Source: Nitrospirota bacterium (lineage in GTDB: Bacteria; Nitrospirota; UBA9217). Taken from it: 64,000 bases of DNA. The position numbers and the translations under genes are program-made. Shown in pieces: positions 40,661 through 50,121 of the stretch. Numbering within the stretch: the first letter of the stretch is position 1; each line of letters begins with the position of its first letter. The notes below the pieces were generated by a model. It did not search any database. It saw nothing but the letters and a program-made list of their open reading frames with translations, and was not told where the DNA came from. The DNA lies in assembly GCA_963751455.1 (NCBI GenBank), contig CAVVUN010000001.1, positions 224,001 through 288,000 of the forward strand. The letters are read 5' to 3'.

Positions 40661-41290
40661 TTAATGTCCTCCGCTGCTCGCTCCTGTCCCGCCGAAGAAC
40701 TTCCGATCGATCCAGTTCAGCCAGCCCATCATGAGACCCATGGCAAAGAACCCGCCTGTGGGCAAGATCATGATAAGAAGCGGCTTTTGTCCGAGGATCG
40801 GGTAACCCCAGAGAGAACCCTTTCCGAGAAACTCCCTGAACACTCCGAGCAGCACCAGCGCAAGAAGAAAGCCCAGACCCATCGCAGCCCCGTCAACCAT
40901 CGAGGGTAGGAGTTTGTTCCTGCTCGCGAACATTTCCGCGCGGGAAAGCACGATGGCAAAAGCAACGATCAGCATGATGTAGAGTCCCATGTCCTTGTAA
41001 ACCGCCCTTTGGGTGGCTGCCATCACCTGGTCGGTGACCGTGACCCATGTGGCGATGATGAACATATACGAAGGAATGCGGACTTTCGGATTAATATAAT
41101 TTCTGAGGAGGGAAACGGTGCCGTTGACCATGGTCATAACGAAGAGGACGGCCACGCCCATGAGAAAGCCGTTCTTTACTCCGCTGGTAACGGCCACGGC
41201 CGGACAGAGCGAAAGAGCAAGGCGAAAAACCGGGTTTTCACCGAAAATGCCGTTTTTGAATATGGTCCCGTAACTGACCGTATTGCTCAT
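40661..41290 (-). CDS. rnfE: Rnf complex subunit E
   Basis: ENPVFRLALSLCPAVAVT, VRIPSYMFIIA, FREFLGKG. Confidence 0.93.
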   Translation of the reverse strand: MSNTVSYGTIFKNGIFGENPVFRLALSLCPAVAVTSGVKNGFLMGVAVLFVMTMVNGTVSLLRNYINPKVRIPSYMFIIATWVTVTDQVMAATQRAVYKDMGLYIMLIVAFAIVLSRAEMFASRNKLLPSMVDGAAMGLGFLLALVLLGVFREFLGKGSLWGYPILGQKPLLIMILPTGGFFAMGLMMGWLNWIDRKFFGGTGASSGGH

Positions 41291-41877
41291 TTTGCCACCT
41301 CCTGTGCGGCAGTCGTAAGACCGGATGCGTATTTGTCCACAAGCGTCTGCACGGCGTCTTTAACGCCGTTCGTAACAGCCCGGCTCGATATCGTGGCGCC
41401 CGATATTGCTTGAATATTCTCCTTGGTCTCTCCTTTTATGAGGACGATCTGCGAGAGGGCTTTTCCTTTGAACTGGTCGAGGAACAGCAGTCTGTCTTCA
41501 ACCTGGTCTCCCAGGCCCGGCGTTTCGGCGTGATGCAGGATCTTAATGTCCCTGATCTTCATCTCGTTATCGAGAGATACGAGCATCTGGATATAGCTTG
41601 AATACCCTTTCCCGGCCGTGCTCGCGATAAAGGCTACCGGTTTCCCGGCCGCTGTAGCCGAGAAATACTCGTATTTTTTTTCATGGGCCGACCAGGTGCC
41701 CGCAACCTTGATAGGGTCGGTAGCATCGGGTGCCATTTCCTTGAGCGCCAGTTCTTTTTCTCTTTTTTCGGCCTGGTATCTCACGGGCGACGTGTATTTA
41801 TATGTAAGACCCATGATCAAGCCGGCGCCGATAAAGATCAAAACAAGGCTCAGGGTTATTTTCAGCATCTCCTTCAT
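41287..41877 (-). CDS. rnfG: Rnf complex subunit G
   Basis: N-terminal TM, ETPGLG, FMN-binding SGATISS. Confidence 0.93.
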   Translation of the reverse strand: MKEMLKITLSLVLIFIGAGLIMGLTYKYTSPVRYQAEKREKELALKEMAPDATDPIKVAGTWSAHEKKYEYFSATAAGKPVAFIASTAGKGYSSYIQMLVSLDNEMKIRDIKILHHAETPGLGDQVEDRLLFLDQFKGKALSQIVLIKGETKENIQAISGATISSRAVTNGVKDAVQTLVDKYASGLTTAAQEVAK

Positions 41878-42905
41878 TTCTTCACCCCCTTGGCCTCTGC
41901 TTTCCCGAAGACACTGCTCTTCATGCCGCGGTCAAGCAGCGGCGCAAAACAGTTCATCAGGAGAATGGCGAACATGACGCCTTCCGGATACCCGCCTTTG
42001 ATACGTATCAATACGGTAAGGGCGCCGCACGCAATGCCGAATACGACCTGTGCGCTTCGAACCGAGGGACCCGTTACATAATCCGTAGCCATGAAGAAAG
42101 CGCCCAGGATAAGGCCTCCGGACATCATATGGAAAACGGCATCGCCCGTGAAAAGACCTTCCTTGCCGCCCACAATCCATGAAAGAAGGCCGACCGTTGC
42201 TATGAACGAAACAGGGATATGCCATGTGATGTACCGTTTCAGCAGGAGGAAACCGGCCCCCAGGAGCAGCGCGATCACGGACGTCTCGCCCAATGAACCT
42301 GCCCGGTTGCCGAGGAACAGGTCACGATAAAGATCGGCCTTGGTATGGAAAATTTCGAGAAGTCGGGCCATGCCTTCCTCCTTCAGGAGGACAAGCGGGG
42401 TGGCAGTTGTCTTGGCGTCAACTCCCATGAAGTTTGCCACCGGAGCCGCATAGGTGGTCATGAGTTTCGGAAAGCTGATAAGCACAAATGCCCTGCCTAT
42501 CAAGGCAGGGTTGAAGATGTTGGACCCCAGCCCGCCGAAGAGGTGCTTGGTTATGAAGATCGCTACGAACGCCCCCACAAACGGGATGTAGAGCGGCACG
42601 TTCGAGGGCAGGTTCATAGCCAGAAGCAGGCCTGTCAGAAAAGCGCTTCCGTCCGAAAGCGTGAGCGGTTTCTTTAGTATCCACTGAGAACCCGCCTCGG
42701 AAAGCAGTGCGGTCACAATGCAAACGAGTATGACCATCGCAGCCGGCACGCCGAAATAATACACGGACATCAGGGCCGCGGGAAGAAGAGCGCCGCTGAC
42801 GGTCCACATGATCTTAGCGGTACTTTCCTCGGCGCGCATGTGCGGCCCGATCGAGACGATCAGTTTTGGCTGTTCTTTATCTGCAGGTTTTACGGCTGCT
42901 TCCAT
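41874..42905 (-). CDS. rnfD: Rnf complex subunit D
   Basis: FGGLGSNIFNPALIGR, DAKTTATPL (FMN Thr), GSLGETS, FMATDYVT. GGAGGAG RBS before ATG 42905. Confidence 0.94.
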   Translation of the reverse strand: MEAAVKPADKEQPKLIVSIGPHMRAEESTAKIMWTVSGALLPAALMSVYYFGVPAAMVILVCIVTALLSEAGSQWILKKPLTLSDGSAFLTGLLLAMNLPSNVPLYIPFVGAFVAIFITKHLFGGLGSNIFNPALIGRAFVLISFPKLMTTYAAPVANFMGVDAKTTATPLVLLKEEGMARLLEIFHTKADLYRDLFLGNRAGSLGETSVIALLLGAGFLLLKRYITWHIPVSFIATVGLLSWIVGGKEGLFTGDAVFHMMSGGLILGAFFMATDYVTGPSVRSAQVVFGIACGALTVLIRIKGGYPEGVMFAILLMNCFAPLLDRGMKSSVFGKAEAKGVKK

Positions 42906-42920
42906 CTCTTTAACTCCTCC

Positions 42921-43038
42921 AAATTCCAAAACTCAAACAAATAATATCCAAATTCAAATTATCAATTTCAAAAAATTTGCTATTTGGTGCTTGCTGCGTC
43001 TACTTTATTTGTTATTTGATGCTTGGGATTTGGTGCTT
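42921..43038. repeat. Palindromic array (CAAAT-rich / ATTTGGTGCTT family) between rnfC and rnfD
   Basis: A/C-rich left arm, T/G-rich right arm. Shares CAAATAATATCCAAATTC with 45471-45602. Confidence 0.7.
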
Positions 43039-43047
43039 GTCCTCAAT

Positions 43048-44376
43048 TCAGTTCTTTTTCTTCGCAAGTTCCTTTTTCGCCTTCTTGACCCACTGCACCA
43101 TCGGCCGGTTTGCCGGACATCCGAACGAACAGGAACCGCATTCGAAACAATCCATCAGATTATACAGCTTCGCATCTTCATAATGGCCCTTCTCGATATA
43201 CAGCCCGATTATGGAAGGCTGCAGCTTCATCGGGCATGCGTCTATGCACCTGCCGCAGCGGATGCAGGGGCCATAGGACTTCGTATTGACTTCCGATTTC
43301 GGGAGAACCGTGATGCCCGAGGTTCCCTTGATAACCGGGACTTCCAGCGTGTACTGGCTCATTCCCATCATCGGTCCGCCCGCGATCACCTTGGCAGCTT
43401 CCTCGGTCATTCCGCCGGCTTCATCAATGAGCTGGGAAAAAGGCGTGCCGATCCTGGCCAGAAAATTCTTCGGATCCTTGACCCCTCTTCCGGTCACGGT
43501 GACGTAACGCTCGATGAGAGGCCTTCCATAGCGGACCGCGTTATAGATAGCCTCGGCAGTCCCGACGTTCTGGACCACTACGCCTATATCCATCGGCAGT
43601 CCGCCTGCGGGCACGGTCCTCCCCGAAATAGCCTTTATCAGCATCTTCTCGGCGCCCTGCGGGTACTTGACCTTGAGGGGCCATACCTTCACTTCCGGAG
43701 ACTCGGCCGCAGCCCTAGCCATGGTCTCAATGGCATCGGGTTTGTTGTCTTCAATGCCTATATAGCCTTTTGTCACGCCGAGTATCCTCATGAGGATCTT
43801 CAGACCTTCGATGATCTGTTTCGGCCTTTCGAGCATCAGGCGGTGGTCGGACGTGAGAAACGGTTCGCACTCTGCGCCGTTCAGAATAAGGACGTCGATC
43901 GGTTTTTCCTTCGGTGGCGCCAGTTTGACATGCGTTGGGAAGGTCGCACCGCCCATGCCTACGATGCCGGCTTCCTGGACGATTTTCTTGAGTTCATCGG
44001 GACTCAGCACGTTGTAATCCGCGTTTTCCTTCAGCCCGGAAATCCATTCATCCTTGCCGTCGCTTTCTATGACAACGGCCGGAATGTTTATACCGAGCGA
44101 ATGAGGAAACGCGCCTAAAGCGACCACTTTGCCCGAGATGGAAGCATGGACAGGCGCGGAAACAAAACCGGTTGTCTCAGCTATCTTCTCGCCCTTTTTT
44201 ACTTCCTGTCCGATTACGACGAGTGGCTTGGTGGGCGCTCCGATGTGCTGACTCAAGGGGATAACAGCTCTTTTGGGGATTGCAGCGGGAATTGCGGGCT
44301 TCTGTGCGGTAAGGTATTTGTTGTCAGCGGGATGCACGCCTCCGCTGAACGTCCCTTTTTGTGTAGTGGCTTCCAT
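43048..44376 (-). CDS. rnfC: Rnf complex subunit C
   Basis: QHIGAP, AGIVGMGGATFPTHVK, NGAECEPFLTSD, two CxxCxxCxxxCP motifs. Confidence 0.95.
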   Translation of the reverse strand: MEATTQKGTFSGGVHPADNKYLTAQKPAIPAAIPKRAVIPLSQHIGAPTKPLVVIGQEVKKGEKIAETTGFVSAPVHASISGKVVALGAFPHSLGINIPAVVIESDGKDEWISGLKENADYNVLSPDELKKIVQEAGIVGMGGATFPTHVKLAPPKEKPIDVLILNGAECEPFLTSDHRLMLERPKQIIEGLKILMRILGVTKGYIGIEDNKPDAIETMARAAAESPEVKVWPLKVKYPQGAEKMLIKAISGRTVPAGGLPMDIGVVVQNVGTAEAIYNAVRYGRPLIERYVTVTGRGVKDPKNFLARIGTPFSQLIDEAGGMTEEAAKVIAGGPMMGMSQYTLEVPVIKGTSGITVLPKSEVNTKSYGPCIRCGRCIDACPMKLQPSIIGLYIEKGHYEDAKLYNLMDCFECGSCSFGCPANRPMVQWVKKAKKELAKKKN

Positions 44377-44595
44377 TCTGTCTCACCTGCCATAGGTTAT
44401 AAAGATCGAAAATTATAACTTGAGAATTTCGTAAAGCCGCAGAGTTTATATCAGAACAAGCTTCAGGTGTCAAGCAATTTCTTGTGAAAACTCCGCGCTG
44501 AACGGCCTGTATGAATTGAATTTGTTTAGGAAAAAGCCGCCACCTCTGACAAATTCAGTTCTTTGTTGAAACATGATAATGATAATAATAACGAA

Positions 44596-44640
44596 CGGAG
44601 GCGAGAACCGATATTGATGCTATATCGTTCTCCCTCCGTT
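44596..44640. terminator. Long hairpin downstream of the NifU-like gene
   Basis: AACGGAGGCGAGAACCGATAT…ATATCGTTCTCCCTCCGTT. Confidence 0.6.
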
Positions 44641-44688
44641 TATCGGACTGGAGTTCGGAAAGGAATTTTGATATTCCACAATGGCGGT

Positions 44689-44913
44689 TTACGCGACCTG
44701 GACAACTTCCTTTACTTCCGCAACTTCCTGTTTCAGCATCTTTTCAACGCCCATTTTCATCGTCATCGTGGACATCGGGCAGGACCCGCAGGCGCCTTTC
44801 AGGCGCACCTTTACGACGCCTTTTTCATCGACACTCACGAGTTCTATATCCCCGCCGTCTCTTTGCAGCGCCGGCCTTACCTTTTTGAGCGCTTCTTCGA
44901 CTTTTTCTTTCAT
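44689..44913 (-). CDS. NifU C-terminal / Nfu-type Fe-S carrier
   Basis: [15 protein letters not shown]…[11 protein letters not shown]. Confidence 0.92.
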   Translation of the reverse strand: MKEKVEEALKKVRPALQRDGGDIELVSVDEKGVVKVRLKGACGSCPMSTMTMKMGVEKMLKQEVAEVKEVVQVA

Positions 44914-45086
44914 CCGGATAATCTCCTTGTAGTGAATTTATTTACCACAGTATACATCTTTTTATGCCTCTTTAACAGTTTTTTCTATGACGTCGCAGTT
45001 CATCATATTTGGTTGACTTGGTGTTCCCCTTCTGATACCTTTTCCGTTGTCAATGCGACCATCAGCTGTCTTTTAAAGGTATTATT

Positions 45087-45461
45087 ATGGTAAATGTTCT
45101 TATTGTGGGCATAGGCGGGTTCCTGGGTGCAGCGGCCCGGTACGGGCTTTCGCTCTGGATCGGAGGACGCTGGGGACGCAGTTTTCCCCTGGGCACCTTC
45201 GTCATTAATATTACCGGCAGCTTCCTGATTGGCCTTCTGATGACACTCATGACGGAACGGTTTACTGAAAATCCGCAATGGCGGCTCATGCTTGTTGTCG
45301 GATTCCTCGGCGCATACACTACCTTCTCGACATTTGAGTACGAGACCGGCGCATTGCTCAAGGATGGTGAATGGCTCTACGCCGGCATGAACGTGATTCT
45401 GAGCGTTGTGCTGGGATTTATCGGTTTAAAAGCGGGTGAAATCATCGCGAAGAGCATATAA
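45087..45461 (+). CDS. crcB: Fluoride channel Fluc/CrcB
   Basis: GGFLGAAARY, FPLGTFVINITGSF, GFLGAYTTFSTF. Confidence 0.95.
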   Translation: MVNVLIVGIGGFLGAAARYGLSLWIGGRWGRSFPLGTFVINITGSFLIGLLMTLMTERFTENPQWRLMLVVGFLGAYTTFSTFEYETGALLKDGEWLYAGMNVILSVVLGFIGLKAGEIIAKSI

Positions 45462-45470
45462 GAGAGGAAC

Positions 45471-45602
45471 AAATTTCAAATAGCAAATCACAAAATGCCA
45501 AATAATATCCAAATTCGAAACTCCAATGTTCAAAAAGTTAGGATTTGGTGGATTTTGCTCTTTGGAGCTTATTTGATATTTAGTGCTTTAAATTTGGGAT
45601 TT
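45471..45602. repeat. Palindromic array (same family as 42921-43038) between crcB and the DUF190 gene
   Basis: AAATTTCAAATAGCAAATCACAAAATGCCAAATAATATCCAAATTC … ATTTGATATTTAGTGCTTTAAATTTGGGATTT. Confidence 0.7.
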
Positions 45603-45632
45603 TCTCTCTCGGTATTTACTTAAGGAGAGATC

Positions 45633-46007
45633 ATGGTAAAGAGCGGCCCGGCCAAGAAGCTTACAATATATCTCGGTGAGGCGGACAAAATCCACGGGAA
45701 ACCCGTGTACGAGGTATTGCTGGACATATTTTATAAAAGGAAGATAGCCGGCGCAAGCGTGTTCCGTGGTATCGAGGGATACGGAAGCGACGGCGTGTTC
45801 CATACCGCAAAAATTCTCGAACTATCAACGTCTTTGCCGGTAAAAATCGAGGTTGTGGATTCGGAAGAGAAGATTAACGGGATTTTGGATGAAGTGACCT
45901 CTATTGTGGAAAAGGGGGTCATCGAGGTGAGCGATACGAACGTGATTAAATGCTGCGTGAGAGAGGCGGCAAAGGATAAGGCGCATAGCGCAAAGAGCAA
46001 AGAGTAA
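45633..46007 (+). CDS. DUF190 (PII-like) protein
   Basis: LTIYLGEADK…AGASVFRGIEGYG…ILELSTSLPVKIEVVD. Typical crcB neighbour. Confidence 0.88.
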   Translation: MVKSGPAKKLTIYLGEADKIHGKPVYEVLLDIFYKRKIAGASVFRGIEGYGSDGVFHTAKILELSTSLPVKIEVVDSEEKINGILDEVTSIVEKGVIEVSDTNVIKCCVREAAKDKAHSAKSKE

Positions 46008-46045
46008 TACGCCCCTACGCTATGCTCCATGCCCTCTGCGCTGTA
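45975..46045. repeat. Palindromic 7-bp array (GCAWAGN family) overlapping the DUF190 3' end
   Basis: GCATAGC GCAAAGA GCAAAGA G … CTACGCT ATGCTCC ATGCCCT CTGCGCT. Confidence 0.65.
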
Positions 46046-46690
46046 TCATTCCTTCCATCCATGCGCGCCGATAAGAGGAACGAACACACAGGGCATGCTC
46101 TTCTCTGCAATAAAACCCTTTGCTGTTTTTACAATTTTGAGCAGCCGCTGGGTATGGCGTTCTCCGACGGGGATCACCATCCTCCCGCCCACTTTGAGCT
46201 GTTCCACCAGCGGCGGGGGAACATCGGGTGAGCCCGCAGTTACGAGGATAGCATCGAAAGACGACATCTCCTTCCAGCCGTAGGTCCCGTCATAGGTCTT
46301 GATCGCCACGTTCCGGTATCCCAGGCGGTCCAGCGCAATCCGTGCCTTTTCCGCTACCGTCTTGATCCGCTCCACGGTATAGACTTTTTCACACAGCTCT
46401 GCCAGGACCGCAGCCTGGTATCCGGACCCGGTCCCTATCTCGAGCACGCGTTCCGTGCCGCTCAGCGCGAGCATTTCAGTCATTGAGGCTACCATATAAG
46501 GCTGCGACATGGTCTGGCTCTCGCCTATCGGAAGGGCGTTGTCGGCATAAGCCATGCCGCGCATCGCTTCGGGCAGGAATTCGTGGCGGGGCACTTTGCG
46601 CATTGCGGCGAGAACCCGCCCGTCGGCGATACCCCGTCCGACCAGCTGTTCATCCACCATACGATTACGTTCTTTCCCGTAATCGATCAA
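46046..46690 (-). CDS. pcm: Protein-L-isoaspartate O-methyltransferase
   Basis: QTMSQPY, VLEIGTGSGYQAA, FVPLIG. Confidence 0.95.
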   Translation of the reverse strand: MIDYGKERNRMVDEQLVGRGIADGRVLAAMRKVPRHEFLPEAMRGMAYADNALPIGESQTMSQPYMVASMTEMLALSGTERVLEIGTGSGYQAAVLAELCEKVYTVERIKTVAEKARIALDRLGYRNVAIKTYDGTYGWKEMSSFDAILVTAGSPDVPPPLVEQLKVGGRMVIPVGERHTQRLLKIVKTAKGFIAEKSMPCVFVPLIGAHGWKE

Positions 46691-47463
46691 TCGCTGCTCC
46701 TGTGTATCGATGTTTCAAGGTAGGTCATTGTTTCAAGCGATTTAAGCTTCTCGAAGGATGAGTAATCTGTGAGATCGAGATGCAGCGGCGTGATCGAAAC
46801 CATGGATCGGTCCACGGCATCGAAATCCGTGCCCTCTTCCCGTTCCCAGTCGGGCTCGCCTCCGCCAATCCAGTAATACTTTTTCCCGCGAGGATCGACC
46901 CGTTCCACGGTCATTTGATGGTAGATCCTTTTGCCCAGGCGGGTAATAAGCGTTCCCCGGATTTCCGAAAGCGGCTTGTTCGGAACATTGATGTTCAGAA
47001 GAGTTCCCGGCGCCATGCCTTTCTCCAGTGTCCGAACCACGGCCCTGAGCGTCACCTCTGCAGCCTCAGGGAACAGGAAATCGTTCCTGGCCACGACCGA
47101 TACGGCGATTGAAGGGATGCCGAGCAAGGTCCCCTCAATGGCGCCCGCCACCGTTCCCGAGTAGGTAATATCGTCTCCCAGGTTTGGCCCCTTGTTGATG
47201 CCCGACACAACGAGCCTCGGCGTCTCTTTCAGAAGGCCCTTTACCGCGATGTTTACGCAATCGGTGGGAGTGCCGTTGACGCTGTATATAGAGGGTTTGA
47301 TCTCCTCGATGAGAAGAGGCCGATGAAGGGTCATGGAATGCCCGGCAGCGCTCCGTTCGCGATCAGGGGCGACAATCACAACGTCGTCGAGTTCGCGAAG
47401 GCGCCTGGCAAGGGTCTGGATTCCCGGGGAATAAACCCCGTCGTCGTTCGTGAGAAGAATCAT
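46687..47463 (-). CDS. surE: 5'/3'-nucleotidase SurE
   Basis: ILLTNDDG, GTPTDCV, SGINKGPNLG, YSGTVAGA. Confidence 0.96.
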   Translation of the reverse strand: MILLTNDDGVYSPGIQTLARRLRELDDVVIVAPDRERSAAGHSMTLHRPLLIEEIKPSIYSVNGTPTDCVNIAVKGLLKETPRLVVSGINKGPNLGDDITYSGTVAGAIEGTLLGIPSIAVSVVARNDFLFPEAAEVTLRAVVRTLEKGMAPGTLLNINVPNKPLSEIRGTLITRLGKRIYHQMTVERVDPRGKKYYWIGGGEPDWEREEGTDFDAVDRSMVSITPLHLDLTDYSSFEKLKSLETMTYLETSIHRSSD

Positions 47464-47587
47464 GAGGATATGAACAGCAGGTAATCAGAATGCGGACGAG
47501 CAAACCGAATTACATATCCCCTCATCTTTGTCCCCTCTCGCAGGAGAGGTTTGAGGTGAGGGTTGATTCACGTTTACCGGCCTGTCG

Positions 47588-48439
47588 CTACTTTTTCTTT
47601 ATTTCAGCTTCAATGACGTGCTCAACATCCTGGAGGCTGCGGAGTTGAACCAGTTTTCCGTTTACGAACAGGGTCGGTGTTCCGGGGACTTCGGCCTGGG
47701 CGCCCTCGTTCATGTCCCTGGCAATGATCTTTTGTATCTCCGGGTCGTTCAGGTCGCGCTTGAACTTTTCCATGTTCAGCTTGAGTTCCTTGGCGATGGC
47801 CTCAATCTTTGTCTCATCCAGGCTGCTCGAGGATTCGAACAGCTTATGGCTGAATTCCCAGAATTTGTCCTGGCGAAACGCCGCAAGGGCGGCTGCGGCT
47901 GCTTTTTTCGCGAACGAGTGCATCGGAAGAGGATAATTCTTCATGACCAGCTTTACATCTTTGGGATATTTTTCCAGCAACTGCTGGAGAACCGGCTCGA
48001 GCCGGCCGCAGTATGGTCATTGGTAATCGCTGAAGACCGCGATGGTAACCGGCGCATTGCGGGGACCTTTGAACGGCAATCCCTCGAACGAAAACTGCTG
48101 AACGAGTTCGAGCTGTATCATTTTCAGCGTCTTTTCGGTGCTGCTCGATACGATTACTGTATTGTTCGAAGGCGAAAAAGCGACCCTGTCGAATATTTTT
48201 TCCACCGGGATGCGGTTTAACACCGTTTCATTTGCAACGGAAAAAACCAGAAGTTGACCGCGGGTAAGAATATACATCAATTTTCCGTCCGGGGCCGCGG
48301 CAATGTCCAGGGCGGATGCTTCCAGATTGAGCTGTTTCTTGAGGCTCCATTCAACCGACGCCTCGGCGCCGGCCAGCCGCGGAAGAAACGCCGTCGGCGA
48401 CAAAGCAACTACGAGCAATAGCAGTAAGAACCTTTTCAA
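47588..48439 (-). CDS. Exported DsbA-like thioredoxin-fold selenoprotein (UPYC), 283 aa with TGA read-through
   Basis: ORFs 48017-48439 and 47588-47980 are in frame: …VFSDYQ-TGA-PYCGRLEP…NYPLPMH…GTPTLFVNGK. The TGA aligns with the first Cys of CxxC. A hairpin follows. Confidence 0.85.
47981..48016 (-). promoter_or_regulatory. Putative bacterial SECIS element
   Basis: After UGA: CCAUACUGC-GGCCGGC-UCGA-GCCGGUU-CUCCAGCAG. Apical loop starts 16 nt after UGA. Confidence 0.6.
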
Positions 48440-48629
48440 GTGATACTCCTTTCAAATGGTGAAAGTTGATATAATGAATGGGAAAAATGGAAAAAAGATT
48501 TGCGATTGATAATTATTTTATAACAGACAGCCCATTTATGCAATCGTTATTTCAAATACGACAGCTTATGGCAAATCAATTGTCGTAAAGATACCGGCAG
48601 GCCGCGTCCGTATCGCCTGAACAAAGATG

Positions 48630-48662
48630 AAAAAAAGCCATAACGTATTACGCGTTATGGCT
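48630..48662 (-). terminator. Terminator after tRNA-Pro
   Basis: AAAAAAAGCCATAACG-TATTACG-CGTTATGGCT. Confidence 0.8.
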
Positions 48663-48668
48663 GTAAAA

Positions 48669-48745
48669 TGGTCGGGGCGAGCCGATTTGAACGGCCGACC
48701 ACTCGCACCCCAAGCGAGTACGCTACCAGGCTGCGCCACGCCCCG
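48669..48745 (-). tRNA. tRNA-Pro(GGG)
   Basis: CGGGGCGTGGCGCAGCCTGGTAGCGTACTCGCTTGGGGTGCGAGTGGTCGGCCGTTCAAATCGGCTCGCCCCGACCA. Anticodon GGG. Classic ihfA-merR-tRNA-Pro context. Confidence 0.96.
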
Positions 48746-48764
48746 AAACCGTTAAGAACTGACT

Positions 48765-49047
48765 ATTTCAAATTTCAAATTGCAAATATCAAATTGCATA
48801 ATTTTGAAAATATTGTAACTATTCAGCTTCTTTTCAGAACAGCATTAAGACAAATCTAAGAAAAAGCCCTTCTATCCGCAGATTTCGCAGATTGACGCAG
48901 ATTCTAAAACCGGAATTCTGGTTTTGTTTTTATCTGCGAAATCTGCGTAATCTGCAGATAAAAAAATGACCTGAGTAGTTACAAAATATTAAACCATACT
49001 ATCACTCAAATTTGCAATTTTCATTTTGCACTATGCAATATGCAATA
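48765..49047. repeat. Palindromic 7-bp array (TGCAAAW family) interrupted by a MITE
   Basis: Left TTTCAAA TTTCAAA TTGCAAA TATCAAA TTGCA; right TTTGCAA TTTTCAT TTTGCAC TATGCAA TATGCAA. Confidence 0.72.
48815..48982. mobile_element. 168-bp MITE with 12-bp TIRs and 8-bp target-site duplication
   Basis: TIRs GTAACTATTCAG / CTGAGTAGTTAC (1 mismatch). AAAATATT is directly repeated at 48807-48814 and 48983-48990. Contains a 9-bp CGCAGAT palindromic array (48873-48959). Confidence 0.85.
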
Positions 49048-49052
49048 AATCT

Positions 49053-49382
49053 TTATTTCAATATCTCCAATATCTCCCTGAGTTCCTTTTTGACCGTTTC
49101 CAGGACAGCGTCCATGTCCTGATCCGCCCTGCCGTTCAGTTTCTTTCTGGCCCCCGTAATAGTATATCCTTCTTTATATAATAGCTGCTTGATCTGAAGA
49201 ATATGATCGAGGTCCTTTTTCTTGTACAATCGCTGGCCGGAACTCCCCTTGTCCGGCTTGAGCTGGGGAAATTCGGTTTCCCAATAGCGGAGCACGTACG
49301 GTTCCAGCCCCGTAAGGCGGCTGACCTCGCCAATGCGGTAGAAAAGCCTACTCTGCTGTGGGGATTGTTGTTTCGATGACAT
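49053..49382 (-). CDS. MerR-family transcriptional regulator
   Basis: [30 protein letters not shown]…QRLY…GYTITGAR. Confidence 0.92.
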   Translation of the reverse strand: MSSKQQSPQQSRLFYRIGEVSRLTGLEPYVLRYWETEFPQLKPDKGSSGQRLYKKKDLDHILQIKQLLYKEGYTITGARKKLNGRADQDMDAVLETVKKELREILEILK

Positions 49383-49644
49383 GCTCTTTGAAAATCATGC
49401 TGGGCCTGAAACTGACAACCTTCCTCGGGGTGATTTCTATTTCCTGGCCGGTCTTCGGGTTGCGGCCCTTTCTCGAGTTCTTCTTCCGGACGACAAAATT
49501 CCCGAAACCCGAAAGTTTCACTGTTTCACCCTGTCTCAGAGTGTCTTTGATTAAATCCAGAATCATCTCCACGAGTTCCTCAGCATCCTGCTTGGGCAGG
49601 CCGACCTTATCGAAAACTTCGGAGATGATATCTGCCTTGGTCAT
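49348..49644 (-). CDS. ihfA: Integration host factor subunit alpha
   Basis: MTKADI…VKLSGFGNF…[34 protein letters not shown]. Confidence 0.92.
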   Translation of the reverse strand: MTKADIISEVFDKVGLPKQDAEELVEMILDLIKDTLRQGETVKLSGFGNFVVRKKNSRKGRNPKTGQEIEITPRKVVSFRPSMIFKEHVIETTIPTAE

Positions 49645-49759
49645 AGATACCTCCTGTAGAATTGGATAACTATAGAGCATAGGCGTTTCAAAGTCAAGGC
49701 AAAATTTGTTCTATATTGCTGAAATCACGAAAGATTATTAATATGTACAAAAGCACTTT

Positions 49760-50005
49760 TATCGGAAGATCATCCAGACGTAAACAGATTTTATAGGTAG
49801 TTAAAAGCGTTATCCCCATATTTCGCAGATATACGCTGATTTTAAAGAAAGAATAAATTCAAGGCGGGTTTTTTATCAGCGAATCTGAGATGATATAGAG
49901 ACTGGCACTGCGTTCAAATATTGTCGTGTAAAGTACTCACACAGTTTTTTAAAAAAGAACAAATTAGCCTCGTTTTTATCTGCGAAATCTGCGTAATCTG
50001 CGGTT
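49760..50005. repeat. Degenerate, apparently doubled 9-bp palindromic array (CGCAGAT / ATCTGCG family)
   Basis: TTTCGCAGATATACGCTGATTTT … ATCAGCGAATCTG … ATCTGCGAAATCTGCGTAATCTGCGG. The right arm nearly matches that inside the MITE at 48930-48958. Confidence 0.65.
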
Positions 50006-50121
50006 ATATATCAACTCTTGGTTCTTCACTACAGTTTGACATCATCCTGGTTTGCCGTTAATATAACCAAAGTAATAAGATAAGGCAAGATTGCCAAGGG
50101 TATGCGCTTTGATTATTCCTC

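Noticed and set aside
42808-44118. 436-aa plus-strand ORF
   Set aside because: Antisense shadow of rnfC that starts in a repeat array and has no motifs.
44990-45086. Fluoride riboswitch upstream of crcB
   Set aside because: Could not find the GGCGATGG…CGCC / TAATGA…CTAC-type core by eye. An Rfam RF01734 search would be decisive.
47588-47980. Stand-alone 130-aa DsbA fragment or pseudogene
   Set aside because: It lacks an active site on its own and is better explained as the C-terminal part of the Sec read-through protein.
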